The notes under the pieces are model-generated. The model ran no database searches and was not told where the DNA came from. It worked only from the letters and a program-made list of their open reading frames with translations. A stretch of 64,000 nucleotides of DNA from the NCBI GenBank assembly GCA_018664485.1, contig JABJOE010000009.1, positions 4,108 to 68,107 on the forward strand, given 5' to 3'. Shown piece after piece: positions 48,523 through 57,549 of the stretch; positions within the stretch are counted from its first letter, which is position 1, and each line of letters begins with the position of its first letter. This DNA is from Candidatus Uhrbacteria bacterium. GTDB taxonomy: Bacteria; Patescibacteriota; Patescibacteriia; UBA9934. The position numbers were made by a program, and so were the translations under genes.

Positions 48523-48936
48523 CTACTTTTTACGCCAAATAAATATTGCAGCAGCAGCACCTACAAGATCGTTTACAAAATCCATCATAGTGTCTGGAAG
48601 ATCTGGCTGTCGAAGGGCGTCTGATGGCAAAACGAGATCAAGCAACCATTCATGAAGTTCCCAAACGATTCCAATTAATGAAACGAACCCGAGCACCATC
48701 GCGGGAACTAGCCACCACTTCAAATGTCGCTCAAGGGCACCTTTGAAAGTAACGTCTTCTATCCCCTCATGCCATATAGCGAGTGCCAAGGCACCCATAG
48801 CAAACCCCCCACCTACATGCATCGGAATGTCATACCAACTAATCAGATCGTATAGTCCAAAAAACAGACCAACAGCATGAGCTAGCAGAACAATTCCTAT
48901 AATTAACCAGGCTTTTTTCATTGTCATATGGCTCAA
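48523..48936 (-). CDS. hypothetical membrane protein (4 TM)
   Basis: Hydrophobic profile. Start of the membrane-protein / tagA / gltX operon. Confidence 0.45.
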   Translation of the reverse strand: MSHMTMKKAWLIIGIVLLAHAVGLFFGLYDLISWYDIPMHVGGGFAMGALALAIWHEGIEDVTFKGALERHLKWWLVPAMVLGFVSLIGIVWELHEWLLDLVLPSDALRQPDLPDTMMDFVNDLVGAAAAIFIWRKK

Positions 48937-49015
48937 GTCTACGTCAAAATACCAGCACTTACAATCCTTGTTTACTCTCCAATACTTGACAATTGCGCTA
49001 ATTTATGATAAAAAG

Positions 49016-49528
49016 ATGCGCACCCCAGGAGACAAAATGACCCCGACCTTACCACAAGTGTTCACCGGGATTGGATTCGCCCTTTTGCTGATGGGATGTT
49101 TCGGCATCATCGCCACCATCCTGATTGACGGGATCTTTCTGGTACCTGAGCGGAATAAGATCCTCAGCAGAGTGCGCCGACAAGTAATCGAATCGTCGAA
49201 AGCAAGCGACATGAGCTACGCTATATCAAGACTGCAAGCAGCTCTTGGTTGGATGTCTGACAATGACTTCGATGAGGCGTTCCCCGGCTACTACAGACAT
49301 CTGAAGAAGTGTCACGACTACCTCTCTCCGCGTATCAAGGACGTACCCATCAAGCAGAAGGTCCACCTGATGCACAACCAGCGAGAGCTTGAAAACAACT
49401 GCAACTGGGTGGTGCCGCAGAAGATGTACACCCATCGCGTGAAGTACGCGGACATCCTACACAGTATCGTTTTCTGGTCATCGCTTATCGTGTCCGCGCT
49501 TGGTCTTTTCGTTCTGATCGTGACCTGA
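49016..49528 (+). CDS. hypothetical membrane protein, tandem paralog 1 (MRTPGD... family)
   Basis: Start at the conserved ATGCGCACCCCAGGAGA. N-terminal TM and a C-terminal TM. Own TTGACA promoter at 48986. Confidence 0.5.
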   Translation: MRTPGDKMTPTLPQVFTGIGFALLLMGCFGIIATILIDGIFLVPERNKILSRVRRQVIESSKASDMSYAISRLQAALGWMSDNDFDEAFPGYYRHLKKCHDYLSPRIKDVPIKQKVHLMHNQRELENNCNWVVPQKMYTHRVKYADILHSIVFWSSLIVSALGLFVLIVT

Positions 49529-49660
49529 CCCTCTGAGCACAATGTATCTGCTCCTCGCCCTCCTCTCGCCTCGTCGAGCTGGAGGGTTGACTGCATCATA
49601 TTTTAATCGATTATTTAACGCATCCATTGCTTGACAATTCAGCTAATGAGTGCTAAAAAG

Positions 49661-50176
49661 ATGCGCACCCCAGGAGATATCATCACCCACGACGCAGAAC
49701 TTCTTTTGCTTACCGGAACCATCCTCAGCCTCATTGGAGTAATCGCATTCTTGATCTGCATCATTTTGCACATCTTGTATCTTGATCCCGAACTCAAGCT
49801 TATTGACAGAGAGGTCCTTAAGCCGATCCAGGAAGCGGCTGATGCGAGTGACATCCGCTTTGCCATTGAAAGCCTCGATGCAGTACGTGAGTGGATGACG
49901 CTCAACGGGTTCAGCGAGAGTTTTGGAGGCCTCTTCAAGCACCTTAATGGTCGGAGAGACTTCCTTGCCCATAAGACGATGGCTCAACCGCTTTATCCAC
50001 TCAAGATTCTGGCTGTCAACAAAAGCTCAATCGAGAGCCACATGAACTGGCTGCTCGTTGTAAGAATCTCTCTACATCGCGTGCGTGTACCTGGCTTCAT
50101 CTGCCTATTCAATTTGATCATACTTGGCCTCACTACGTTCCCAGGCATCTTCTTCATTGTTGAAGCCTTGCGATAA
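49661..50176 (+). CDS. hypothetical membrane protein, tandem paralog 2 (MRTPGD... family)
   Basis: Same conserved start context, promoter (TTGACA 49631-49636) and 3' hairpin (ccctcc..ctcgcctcgtcgagctggaggg) as paralog 1. Confidence 0.5.
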   Translation: MRTPGDIITHDAELLLLTGTILSLIGVIAFLICIILHILYLDPELKLIDREVLKPIQEAADASDIRFAIESLDAVREWMTLNGFSESFGGLFKHLNGRRDFLAHKTMAQPLYPLKILAVNKSSIESHMNWLLVVRISLHRVRVPGFICLFNLIILGLTTFPGIFFIVEALR

Positions 50177-50270
50177 AGATGGGCCGATTCGCCAAACAGA
50201 CGTCCAGACACACCTCGCCCTCCACCTCGCCTCGTCGAGCTGGAGGGTTGACTGCATCTGGACAAGTTTC

Positions 50271-50312
50271 TTGACAAACCACTAATTAGCACTCTACAAT
50301 GGAGACTGCTAA
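50271..50312 (+). promoter_or_regulatory. clpB promoter (TTGACA-17-TACAAT) overlapped by a CIRCE-type inverted repeat TTAGCACTC-N9-GACTGCTAA (HrcA operator)
   Basis: CIRCE consensus TTAGCACTC-N9-GAGTGCTAA matched with 1 mismatch at 50286-50312. Confidence 0.65.
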
Positions 50313-50564
50313 GTGGCGCATCTCAACTCTGAAGCTAAGATATTCTACGAATCCATGACAGAGATGTCTTGCGAATCTACGGCATAGGTGTCCTGAAGAA
50401 CAATTTACCTTACAAAATCATACAGCTCACTAAAATGAGCGTAGGAATTTGGATGAGATATCGTTGAAAACTGAGTACTGAAATGAGGCGTACTAAAAAG
50501 TACGGCGAATAAGGCACAGAAGTTTGAAACGATAGATCGCCAAATAGCAAACGAACTGCATATT

Positions 50565-53198
50565 ATGTTGCCAAATAACTTTACTTCCAAGTCCCAAGAA
50601 GCAATTCAAATTGCACAAATGCTAGCCAACGAAAATGGTCAGCAAGCAGTTGAACCAATCCATCTTCTTGCAGCACTCGCCCATCAAGAGGATGGAATCG
50701 TTGTTACAATTTTTAAAAAGATGGGTACGCCAATTGCTGAGATGCGTACCAATATCAACCATATAATCGAATCACTTCCTAAAAACTTTGGCTTTGGGCA
50801 GTCTGGTATGGGACAGGTTCTACTAAGTCCGATGCTTGCAAAGGTCCTTCAAGTGGCATCAAACACTGCAAAGGATTTTGGCGACGATTACATTTCAACA
50901 GAACACCTCCTGCTTGGACTAATTTCAAACAGGCAAATCAAAAAGTTCCTGGAAACAAACAATGTAAACGAAGAACGAACATTGGAAACCCTAAAAGAAG
51001 TTCGTGGAAACCAAAAAGTAGACTCAGCGGACCCTGAAGCAAAATTCCAAGCGCTTGAAAAATATTCCATAAACCTTACAGACTTTGCTCGTGAAGGAAA
51101 GATGGATCCAATCATCGGTCGTGATGAAGAGATCCGCCGCATCATGCAAGTCCTTGTCCGTCGTACCAAAAACAACCCAGTACTAGTTGGAGAAGCTGGA
51201 GTTGGAAAAACTGCTATTGCTGAAGGCCTCGCACAGCGAATCGTCGCAGGTGACGTGCCTGAGATGCTAAAAGATACAGAGATCATTTCACTCGACCTCG
51301 GAGCGCTCGTTGCCGGTACTAAATTCCGTGGTGAATTCGAAGAACGGCTAAAGGCTGTTATCAAAGAAATTGAACGAGCTAACGGTCGGATGATTTTATT
51401 TATTGATGAGCTACATACTTTAGTGGGAGCCGGAAAAGGTGATGAGTCCCCTATGGATGCGTCTAACATGCTCAAACCTGCCCTTGCGCGTGGAGAGCTC
51501 CGCGTCGTAGGTGCGACAACTCTAAAGGAATACCAAAAATATATTGAAAAAGACGCAGCTCTGGAACGTCGCTTCCAGCCTGTAATGGTTCAGGAACCAA
51601 CCCGAGACGACACTGTGGCGATTCTGCGTGGTATTAAGGAGAAGTACGAAATCCACCATGGTGTTCGTATTACTGATGCCGCAATTATCGCATCCGTTGA
51701 CTTATCAACTCGCTATATCACTGAGCGTAACTTGCCAGACAAAGCGATTGATCTTATTGATGAATCAGCCGCTGCCCTTCGAATGCAGATTGATTCTATG
51801 CCAGAAGATCTCGACCGCATGAAGCGCGAAGAGATTCGCTTGGAGGTTGAGCGTCAGTCCCTGCTAAAGGAAAAAGATAAGAAGTCTAAAACTCGTCTTA
51901 AAGAGATCGAAAAATCTATTGCTGATATTAAGGAAGAATCTGTAGGTCTTGAATTACGATGGAAGAACGAAAAAGGTCTTATTGGAAAGATCCGTGTTCT
52001 AAAAGATGAAATAGATAAGCTTACGAACGAGTCTGAAATTGAAGAACGTAAAGGTGATCTTGAAAAGGTTGCTGAGATTCGTTATTCGGTTATTCCAAAG
52101 AAACGTGATGATTTACTTAAGGCCCAGACTGAACTTCGAGAATTCCAAGAAGATCGTGGTCTACTTACAGAAGAAATCGGTGAGGAGGAAGTAGCTGCCG
52201 CAGTTGCACGATGGACACAGATCCCGGTATCCAAAATGCTGAAGAGTGAAATGGAAAAGCTCGCACAAATGGAAGAGAATTTGAAAACTCAAGTCATAGG
52301 CCAGGGTGAAGCGATCACGGCGGTAAGTAATGCCCTTCGGCGTTCACGTGCCGGTATCTCTGAGGAAAAACGACCGATCGGTTCATTTATATTCCTAGGG
52401 CCAACCGGTGTTGGAAAGACTGAACTTGCAAAGGCTCTTGCCGGATTCCTGTTCGATGATGAAGACGCTCTCGTTCGTGTCGACATGTCTGAGTACATGG
52501 AGAAGCATAGTGTGAGCAAAATGATCGGATCTCCTCCAGGATATGTTGGTCATGACGAATCAGGACAGCTTACAGAGAAAATCCGCCGCCGCCCCTACTC
52601 TGTTGTTCTATTTGATGAGATTGAAAAGGGTCACCCTGATGTGTTCAATATGTTACTGCAGGTTCTTGACGACGGTCATCTCACAGATGCGAAAGGACGC
52701 AAGGTAAACTTCAAGAACACAATTATTATCATGACTTCAAACGTTGGATCAGACATGATTCTAAACTCCGGTAAACATGGTGACATCGGATTTGGAGGTG
52801 ATGAAGAGATTAAAGAGCATGACGGTATTAAGAATAAGGTGATGGGGCAATTGCGCGAGCAGTTCCGACCGGAGTTCCTTAACCGTATTGATGACATTAT
52901 CTTCTTCCACGCGCTTACGAAGGAAAATATATCTGAGATTGTTCAGTTGCAGATCGACATCGTTGCAAAGCGATTGCAGGAGCAGCGCCACATTCAATTA
53001 AAGGTTAATGCTAAGACGCGACGATTCTTGGCTGAACGTGGGTTTGACCCGCAGTACGGTGCACGTCCGCTAAAGCGTATTATCCAGTCTGAAATCCTCG
53101 ACCCTCTTGCGATGAAGATTGTGAAGAATGAGGTGCCAGACGAAGCGAATGTCACAATCGATGTCGTGAAAGACAAGGTAAACGTGACAGTGAAATAG
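50565..53198 (+). CDS. clpB: ClpB disaggregase chaperone (AAA+, two NBDs and a middle coiled-coil domain)
   Basis: Clp N-domain. GEAGVGKT and GPTGVGKT Walker A motifs, long M-domain. 877 aa. Confidence 0.95.
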   Translation: MLPNNFTSKSQEAIQIAQMLANENGQQAVEPIHLLAALAHQEDGIVVTIFKKMGTPIAEMRTNINHIIESLPKNFGFGQSGMGQVLLSPMLAKVLQVASNTAKDFGDDYISTEHLLLGLISNRQIKKFLETNNVNEERTLETLKEVRGNQKVDSADPEAKFQALEKYSINLTDFAREGKMDPIIGRDEEIRRIMQVLVRRTKNNPVLVGEAGVGKTAIAEGLAQRIVAGDVPEMLKDTEIISLDLGALVAGTKFRGEFEERLKAVIKEIERANGRMILFIDELHTLVGAGKGDESPMDASNMLKPALARGELRVVGATTLKEYQKYIEKDAALERRFQPVMVQEPTRDDTVAILRGIKEKYEIHHGVRITDAAIIASVDLSTRYITERNLPDKAIDLIDESAAALRMQIDSMPEDLDRMKREEIRLEVERQSLLKEKDKKSKTRLKEIEKSIADIKEESVGLELRWKNEKGLIGKIRVLKDEIDKLTNESEIEERKGDLEKVAEIRYSVIPKKRDDLLKAQTELREFQEDRGLLTEEIGEEEVAAAVARWTQIPVSKMLKSEMEKLAQMEENLKTQVIGQGEAITAVSNALRRSRAGISEEKRPIGSFIFLGPTGVGKTELAKALAGFLFDDEDALVRVDMSEYMEKHSVSKMIGSPPGYVGHDESGQLTEKIRRRPYSVVLFDEIEKGHPDVFNMLLQVLDDGHLTDAKGRKVNFKNTIIIMTSNVGSDMILNSGKHGDIGFGGDEEIKEHDGIKNKVMGQLREQFRPEFLNRIDDIIFFHALTKENISEIVQLQIDIVAKRLQEQRHIQLKVNAKTRRFLAERGFDPQYGARPLKRIIQSEILDPLAMKIVKNEVPDEANVTIDVVKDKVNVTVK

Positions 53199-53199
53199 T

Positions 53200-53514
53200 A
53201 TGATGAAGAAATTACTTGATACAGATGGAGATGGAGACGTTGATATAGACGATTTAAAAGGTAGCTCATCTAAAGTAGCAGACGACGTACGCGAGCGAAC
53301 CATAGGCTACTTAACTGCTGCGTTTGGGCTTGTAGCCGGGCTTGCTTGGAATGATGCTATAAAGGGTTTTATCGAAGTCTACTACCCTCTTGCGCAAGAT
53401 TCGGTACTCGCAAAGTTCATATATGCTATAGCAATTACGCTTATAGTAGTTGGAATGACTACTGTGCTCATAAAGCTCTCGAAGAAACCCGAAAGCTCCG
53501 AGAAAGATAAGTAA
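53200..53514 (+). CDS. hypothetical small membrane protein with an acidic DTDGDGDVDIDD N-terminus
   Basis: 104 aa, two TM helices. Start 1 nt after the clpB stop. Confidence 0.45.
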   Translation: MMKKLLDTDGDGDVDIDDLKGSSSKVADDVRERTIGYLTAAFGLVAGLAWNDAIKGFIEVYYPLAQDSVLAKFIYAIAITLIVVGMTTVLIKLSKKPESSEKDK

Positions 53515-53697
53515 TCAATATATAAAAGAAACAATGCGTCCCAGCGGGCGTATTGTTTTTATTCAGAACGAGAAATATGCAACCCGGTTGCGTATTTATT
53601 ATTTACTTCAGAAAAGCTAAAAGTGGCTAGATAGCGAAACGCGTCCGACCCAGAGGATCAGACGCGTAGAAGCTGTTGTAGGTTGTAGCGGTGAAGC

Positions 53698-54255
53698 TCA
53701 GTCGTTGTCGATCCGGAGCTCACCATTCCGCTCCTTCCAGTCACCATCATCGATAACCTCGTCTTCCCACATCACCATGGTGGTTTCCGCCACGGCGTTG
53801 TCATCCACGAACAGGCTGGAAGCCGGTCCACCACCAATGGTGATGCTTCCGGTGCATTCTGCGTCAAAATGACTGGGAATGCTCGGAATGTAGACGATCG
53901 CCGAAAGGCCATCGGTGTAGATGTAGGGAGCAGCGGGAACGATGTCGCCATCGCTGTCCTCAACGAGGCAGCTCAGGTTCATCTGTGTGATCTCGTAGTT
54001 CGGATCCGTCATCGCTTCCTCGGCGTAGACGTTCATGATCTCGATCATGAGACCATCCTCCTGTATGGGAGCGCCGACCATGTTGCCGTTGCCGATCTCA
54101 GCGCAGATGTTGATGTTCGTGCCGCCGTTGCCGATCTCGATGAAGTCACCGAGACAGACCTTGGCGCCGAAGCTCGCATCCGACAAGTCGCATCCGCTGA
54201 GGGACAAGAACGAGACGATGGCGGCACCGGACATGAGGATCTTCTGAATGTTCAT
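53698..54255 (-). CDS. hypothetical secreted lipoprotein (G+C-rich islet)
   Basis: Start at MNIQK with an AAGGAGA SD. Signal peptide with LSLSGC lipobox. Gly/Asn-rich. Confidence 0.5.
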   Translation of the reverse strand: MNIQKILMSGAAIVSFLSLSGCDLSDASFGAKVCLGDFIEIGNGGTNINICAEIGNGNMVGAPIQEDGLMIEIMNVYAEEAMTDPNYEITQMNLSCLVEDSDGDIVPAAPYIYTDGLSAIVYIPSIPSHFDAECTGSITIGGGPASSLFVDDNAVAETTMVMWEDEVIDDGDWKERNGELRIDND

Positions 54256-54330
54256 GGGGTCTCCTTGCCTCAAATGAGGACTTAGTTTGGGGTAGGTTTC
54301 AGCGGCGCTGAATCACGTCGGATCTTTCAA

Positions 54331-54373
54331 TCACGCCGCTATGAGAATCATTCCACTCTCATAACCTCGCGAT
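54331..54373 (-). promoter_or_regulatory. conserved 43-nt 5' element containing the palindrome TATGAGA-N10-TCTCATA, copy 1
   Basis: Identical to 55015-55057. Lies about 75 nt upstream of the lipoprotein gene start. Confidence 0.55.
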
Positions 54374-54479
54374 GTTGTAAATCCGGTAAGAGGACCATCA
54401 ATGATCCGCTTGCAGGATCCCCTCGAAGCTATAAGCGCCAAGGGTCGGTGAATAGTATTCTTAGGGCCCTATACGGCCA

Positions 54480-54971
54480 CTAGTCCATCTCGATACCTTC
54501 GTAGATGGCAAAGTAGTCTCGGTCCTCGAGGTCGCACGTCTTGATGTATCCGTGGTATTTCTTGCGGATCTCTTTACACCTTGACCTAGTCACGTCCACC
54601 AAGTGATCGATAACGTCGTCGACGTCATCTTCGAGCTGATCATATCCGCCCGTGCTAGGGACGAAAATCGGCTCAACCGGTCCATTAGGATGATGTCCGT
54701 CAGGAATCTGTATGTAGGCGCCGTCGCGATAGTCGAAGTATTCCCGATCGTATGCGTCGTATCGGTACTCAGAATAGTCCCGATCGTACGTATCATAATC
54801 TACCACGAGATAGAAGCCTCTCTCTTGCTCAAACGCGATACCAATGCCGTATTCCGTGACTCCGCAAGCGGATTCGGACTCGTTCTTGAGTTGAAGTTGG
54901 GAGATATATGCACCTGCGCCTGCGATAATGAGGGCGAGAAGTGCGAGGATATTTGTAATGGTCTTGAGCAT
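54480..54971 (-). CDS. hypothetical secreted protein with a Tyr/Asp/Arg-rich repeat (YDTYDRDYSEYRYDAYDREYFDYRDGAY)
   Basis: Cleavable signal peptide. Low-complexity YD(R)(D/E)Y repeats. G+C-rich. Confidence 0.5.
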   Translation of the reverse strand: MLKTITNILALLALIIAGAGAYISQLQLKNESESACGVTEYGIGIAFEQERGFYLVVDYDTYDRDYSEYRYDAYDREYFDYRDGAYIQIPDGHHPNGPVEPIFVPSTGGYDQLEDDVDDVIDHLVDVTRSRCKEIRKKYHGYIKTCDLEDRDYFAIYEGIEMD

Positions 54972-55014
54972 GGTCTATCCGTATGCTGGGGGTGTGGGAA
55001 GAAGCGTACGTTTT

Positions 55015-55057
55015 CACGCCGCTATGAGAATCATTCCACTCTCATAACCTCGCGATA
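55015..55057 (-). promoter_or_regulatory. conserved 43-nt palindrome-containing 5' element, copy 2
   Basis: Exact duplicate of 54331-54373. About 40 nt upstream of the 54971 start. Confidence 0.55.
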
Positions 55058-55375
55058 TACAGAAAATTCGATCCTGTATAGAGAGATCGAACATATACAG
55101 GGCATGCCCTGGGACCATTTCGTTAGTCCAGAAGTTTCTTTCTCACATTCAGATCTATGTAGATTGAATCTGTGAATGAATCTCCTTACGTCTCTCTCTT
55201 CACTTGTATCTTACACGAGTCATAATAGCACAAAAATGACGTCTTGTCAAGCCCAAACCGTAGTTTATTAGCCAATCTTAGCCACTTATTTTGTTCATTT
55301 TAATCTTACAAAACATCCAAAAACACCTCTGGAAAACCTCATTTCAGCTATAGAAAATATGTTATACTTCCCACT

Positions 55376-56725
55376 ATGAAACCTCTACTTATAGCTTTAT
55401 TATTCCTTTTGCCAGTCCCCGCCCTGGCTTTCAACCCAGATTACCTTATTTCCGATTGGGAATTGGAAGATCCTTTCGCATTGGACTTCAATCAAATCCA
55501 ACATTACCTCAATCGAGGTTATTTGGGGGACTACAAAACTACAGACTGGGAAGGCGACGTCGCATACGCTACCGACATCGTATGGACGGCAGCACAAACC
55601 TATTCGTTGAACCCAAAATTTATCCTCGTACTTCTTCAAAAGGAACAGAGCCTGGTTGAAGACGACGACCCAACTCAGAACCAACTAGACTGGGCTACAG
55701 GGTACGCCGTGTGTGACAGCTGCAGTAAAGATGACCCGGCAATCCAGAGATGGAAGGGATTTGGAAAACAAGTGAACTCTGCCTCCGCACAATTCCGCGA
55801 AGGATATCTTGCCGACATTGAAAACGTAGGATCAACCCAAGGTAAATACGGACCAGACATCGAAGTAGAGATCGATGGAACTACAGTCACGCCATCGAAT
55901 GCCGCAACGGCAGCACTCTACGCATATACCCCTCACCTGCACGGAAACGAAAACTTTGTAAAAATCTGGGACCGCTGGTTCTCACAACAGTACCCAAGTG
56001 GAAGTCTCCTCCAAGGTGATGGCGAAAGCGGCGTGTACTACATCGAGTTTGGCTACAAGCGAGCAATACATAGCTGGAGCGCTTTGCAGTCTCGATTCGA
56101 CGCAGACCTTATCATCACAGTGAACCCAAACATCCTTGAAAACTATCCAGACGGTGCCCCGATTGATTTCCCGAACTATTCCCTTCTCCAAGATGAGGAC
56201 GGAACAATCTACCTTCTTGTAGACGACACTCTTCGGCCAGTCGATAGCTTGGACACATTCCACTCATTCGGATTCGTTGAGGATGAACTTACTGATATTG
56301 ATAACGACGACCTTGTTTATTTCGAGATTGGTGAAACGATTACTGAAGCTTCAAAGAGTCCTGAAGGTGAAATCCTACAGCTCTCAACAAACGGTGCCCT
56401 GTTTTTCATCCAAGACGGACAAAGACATATCCTACTTGATGAAGCGTTGATTGATATGCGATTCTCAGGAACAAGCGTTCGTGAAGTATTACCAATGGAA
56501 GTTGAGCAATATACTGAAGGTGACGCAGTTATCATTCCTGAAGGTCATCTTGTAAAGTCCATCGAGGATCCAACTGTATACGTGATTTCTGAAACAGAAC
56601 GACTTCCGATTGGTTCTGAATCAGCTTTCACTACCTATGGTTGGTCATGGGATGATATCGAAACTGTAAACGCATCATTACTCAAACAGCATCGAATTGG
56701 TGATGCTATCGAAGTCTCAGAATAG
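55376..56725 (+). CDS. hypothetical secreted protein (signal peptide; acidic)
   Basis: MKPLLIALLFLLPVPALA signal peptide. 449 aa. No recognised motif. Confidence 0.5.
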   Translation: MKPLLIALLFLLPVPALAFNPDYLISDWELEDPFALDFNQIQHYLNRGYLGDYKTTDWEGDVAYATDIVWTAAQTYSLNPKFILVLLQKEQSLVEDDDPTQNQLDWATGYAVCDSCSKDDPAIQRWKGFGKQVNSASAQFREGYLADIENVGSTQGKYGPDIEVEIDGTTVTPSNAATAALYAYTPHLHGNENFVKIWDRWFSQQYPSGSLLQGDGESGVYYIEFGYKRAIHSWSALQSRFDADLIITVNPNILENYPDGAPIDFPNYSLLQDEDGTIYLLVDDTLRPVDSLDTFHSFGFVEDELTDIDNDDLVYFEIGETITEASKSPEGEILQLSTNGALFFIQDGQRHILLDEALIDMRFSGTSVREVLPMEVEQYTEGDAVIIPEGHLVKSIEDPTVYVISETERLPIGSESAFTTYGWSWDDIETVNASLLKQHRIGDAIEVSE

Positions 56726-56739
56726 ATCAGACATTACTT

Positions 56740-57531
56740 ATGCTTGTCTTCTCAGCCCTTGTACCAAATTCCCCTCTCCTGCTGCCATCAATCAGCAAGG
56801 AAGGTTCAGCGACCACTGCAAAAACCGGTGAAGCACTGGATACTCTCGCAGATGAACTCTATGCAACGCATCCGGAGGTTATCGTTCTTATAAGCGAACA
56901 TCCAACAATCTACAAAAACTCTTTTTCTATCAACGTTGCTGACCCTTATACATTTAATCTAAATGAATTTGGGAACCTAGGTTTTGAGATGAAGCTACAT
57001 CCAAACATTGAATTGATCGATCGACTGCAAAGATCTCTACGTGGTAGCGACTTCTCATTCACACTTACTACTGACGAATCGCTCAACTACGCAGCTGCAG
57101 TCCCACTTCAGCGACTTACAAAGAACCTTCCAAACGTTCAACTGGTTCCAATATGTTTCAGTGAACTTGAAGCTAAAGACCACTTTCAATTTGGTCAGGC
57201 AATCAAGGACTCGATAATGAATAGTTCAAAACGTATTGCTGTGATCGCAGCTGGAGATATGTCGCATGCACTTTCGTCAGATGCGCCTGCCGGGCTCACA
57301 AAAGAAGGTGAGCAATTTGACGCAACGGTACAGGAACTACTTTCTCAAAAAAATACATCAGGGCTCATTAGCCTATCACCCGAACTCGTCGCAAAAGCGC
57401 ACGAACGTTCATACCGACCACTCCTGATATTGATGGGAATGCTCGATAGAATTTCATACACGCCGGACATCCTAAGCTACGAATCGCCAGTCGGAGTCGG
57501 ATATTTAACAGCAGAATTCAGACTAACTTAA
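56740..57531 (+). CDS. LigB/Memo-like (class III extradiol dioxygenase fold / AmmeMemoRadiSam protein B-like) protein
   Basis: Pattern VIVLISEHPT ... RIAVIAAGDMSHAL ... resembles LigB-family metal-site segments. Tentative. Confidence 0.35.
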   Translation: MLVFSALVPNSPLLLPSISKEGSATTAKTGEALDTLADELYATHPEVIVLISEHPTIYKNSFSINVADPYTFNLNEFGNLGFEMKLHPNIELIDRLQRSLRGSDFSFTLTTDESLNYAAAVPLQRLTKNLPNVQLVPICFSELEAKDHFQFGQAIKDSIMNSSKRIAVIAAGDMSHALSSDAPAGLTKEGEQFDATVQELLSQKNTSGLISLSPELVAKAHERSYRPLLILMGMLDRISYTPDILSYESPVGVGYLTAEFRLT

Positions 57532-57549
57532 AGGGGGCCAGAATTTCGA

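Noticed and set aside
53668-53692. 11-mer CTACAACCTAC (minus strand) matching the 27464 minisatellite
   Set aside because: A low-complexity 11-mer. Several such matches are expected by chance at this window size.
53869-55175. Plus-strand ORFs 53869..54285, 54035..54247 and 54603..55175 in the G+C-rich islet
   Set aside because: Antisense to better-supported minus-strand genes that have signal peptides and SD sequences. The amino-acid composition (R/A/S-rich) is typical of GC artefacts.
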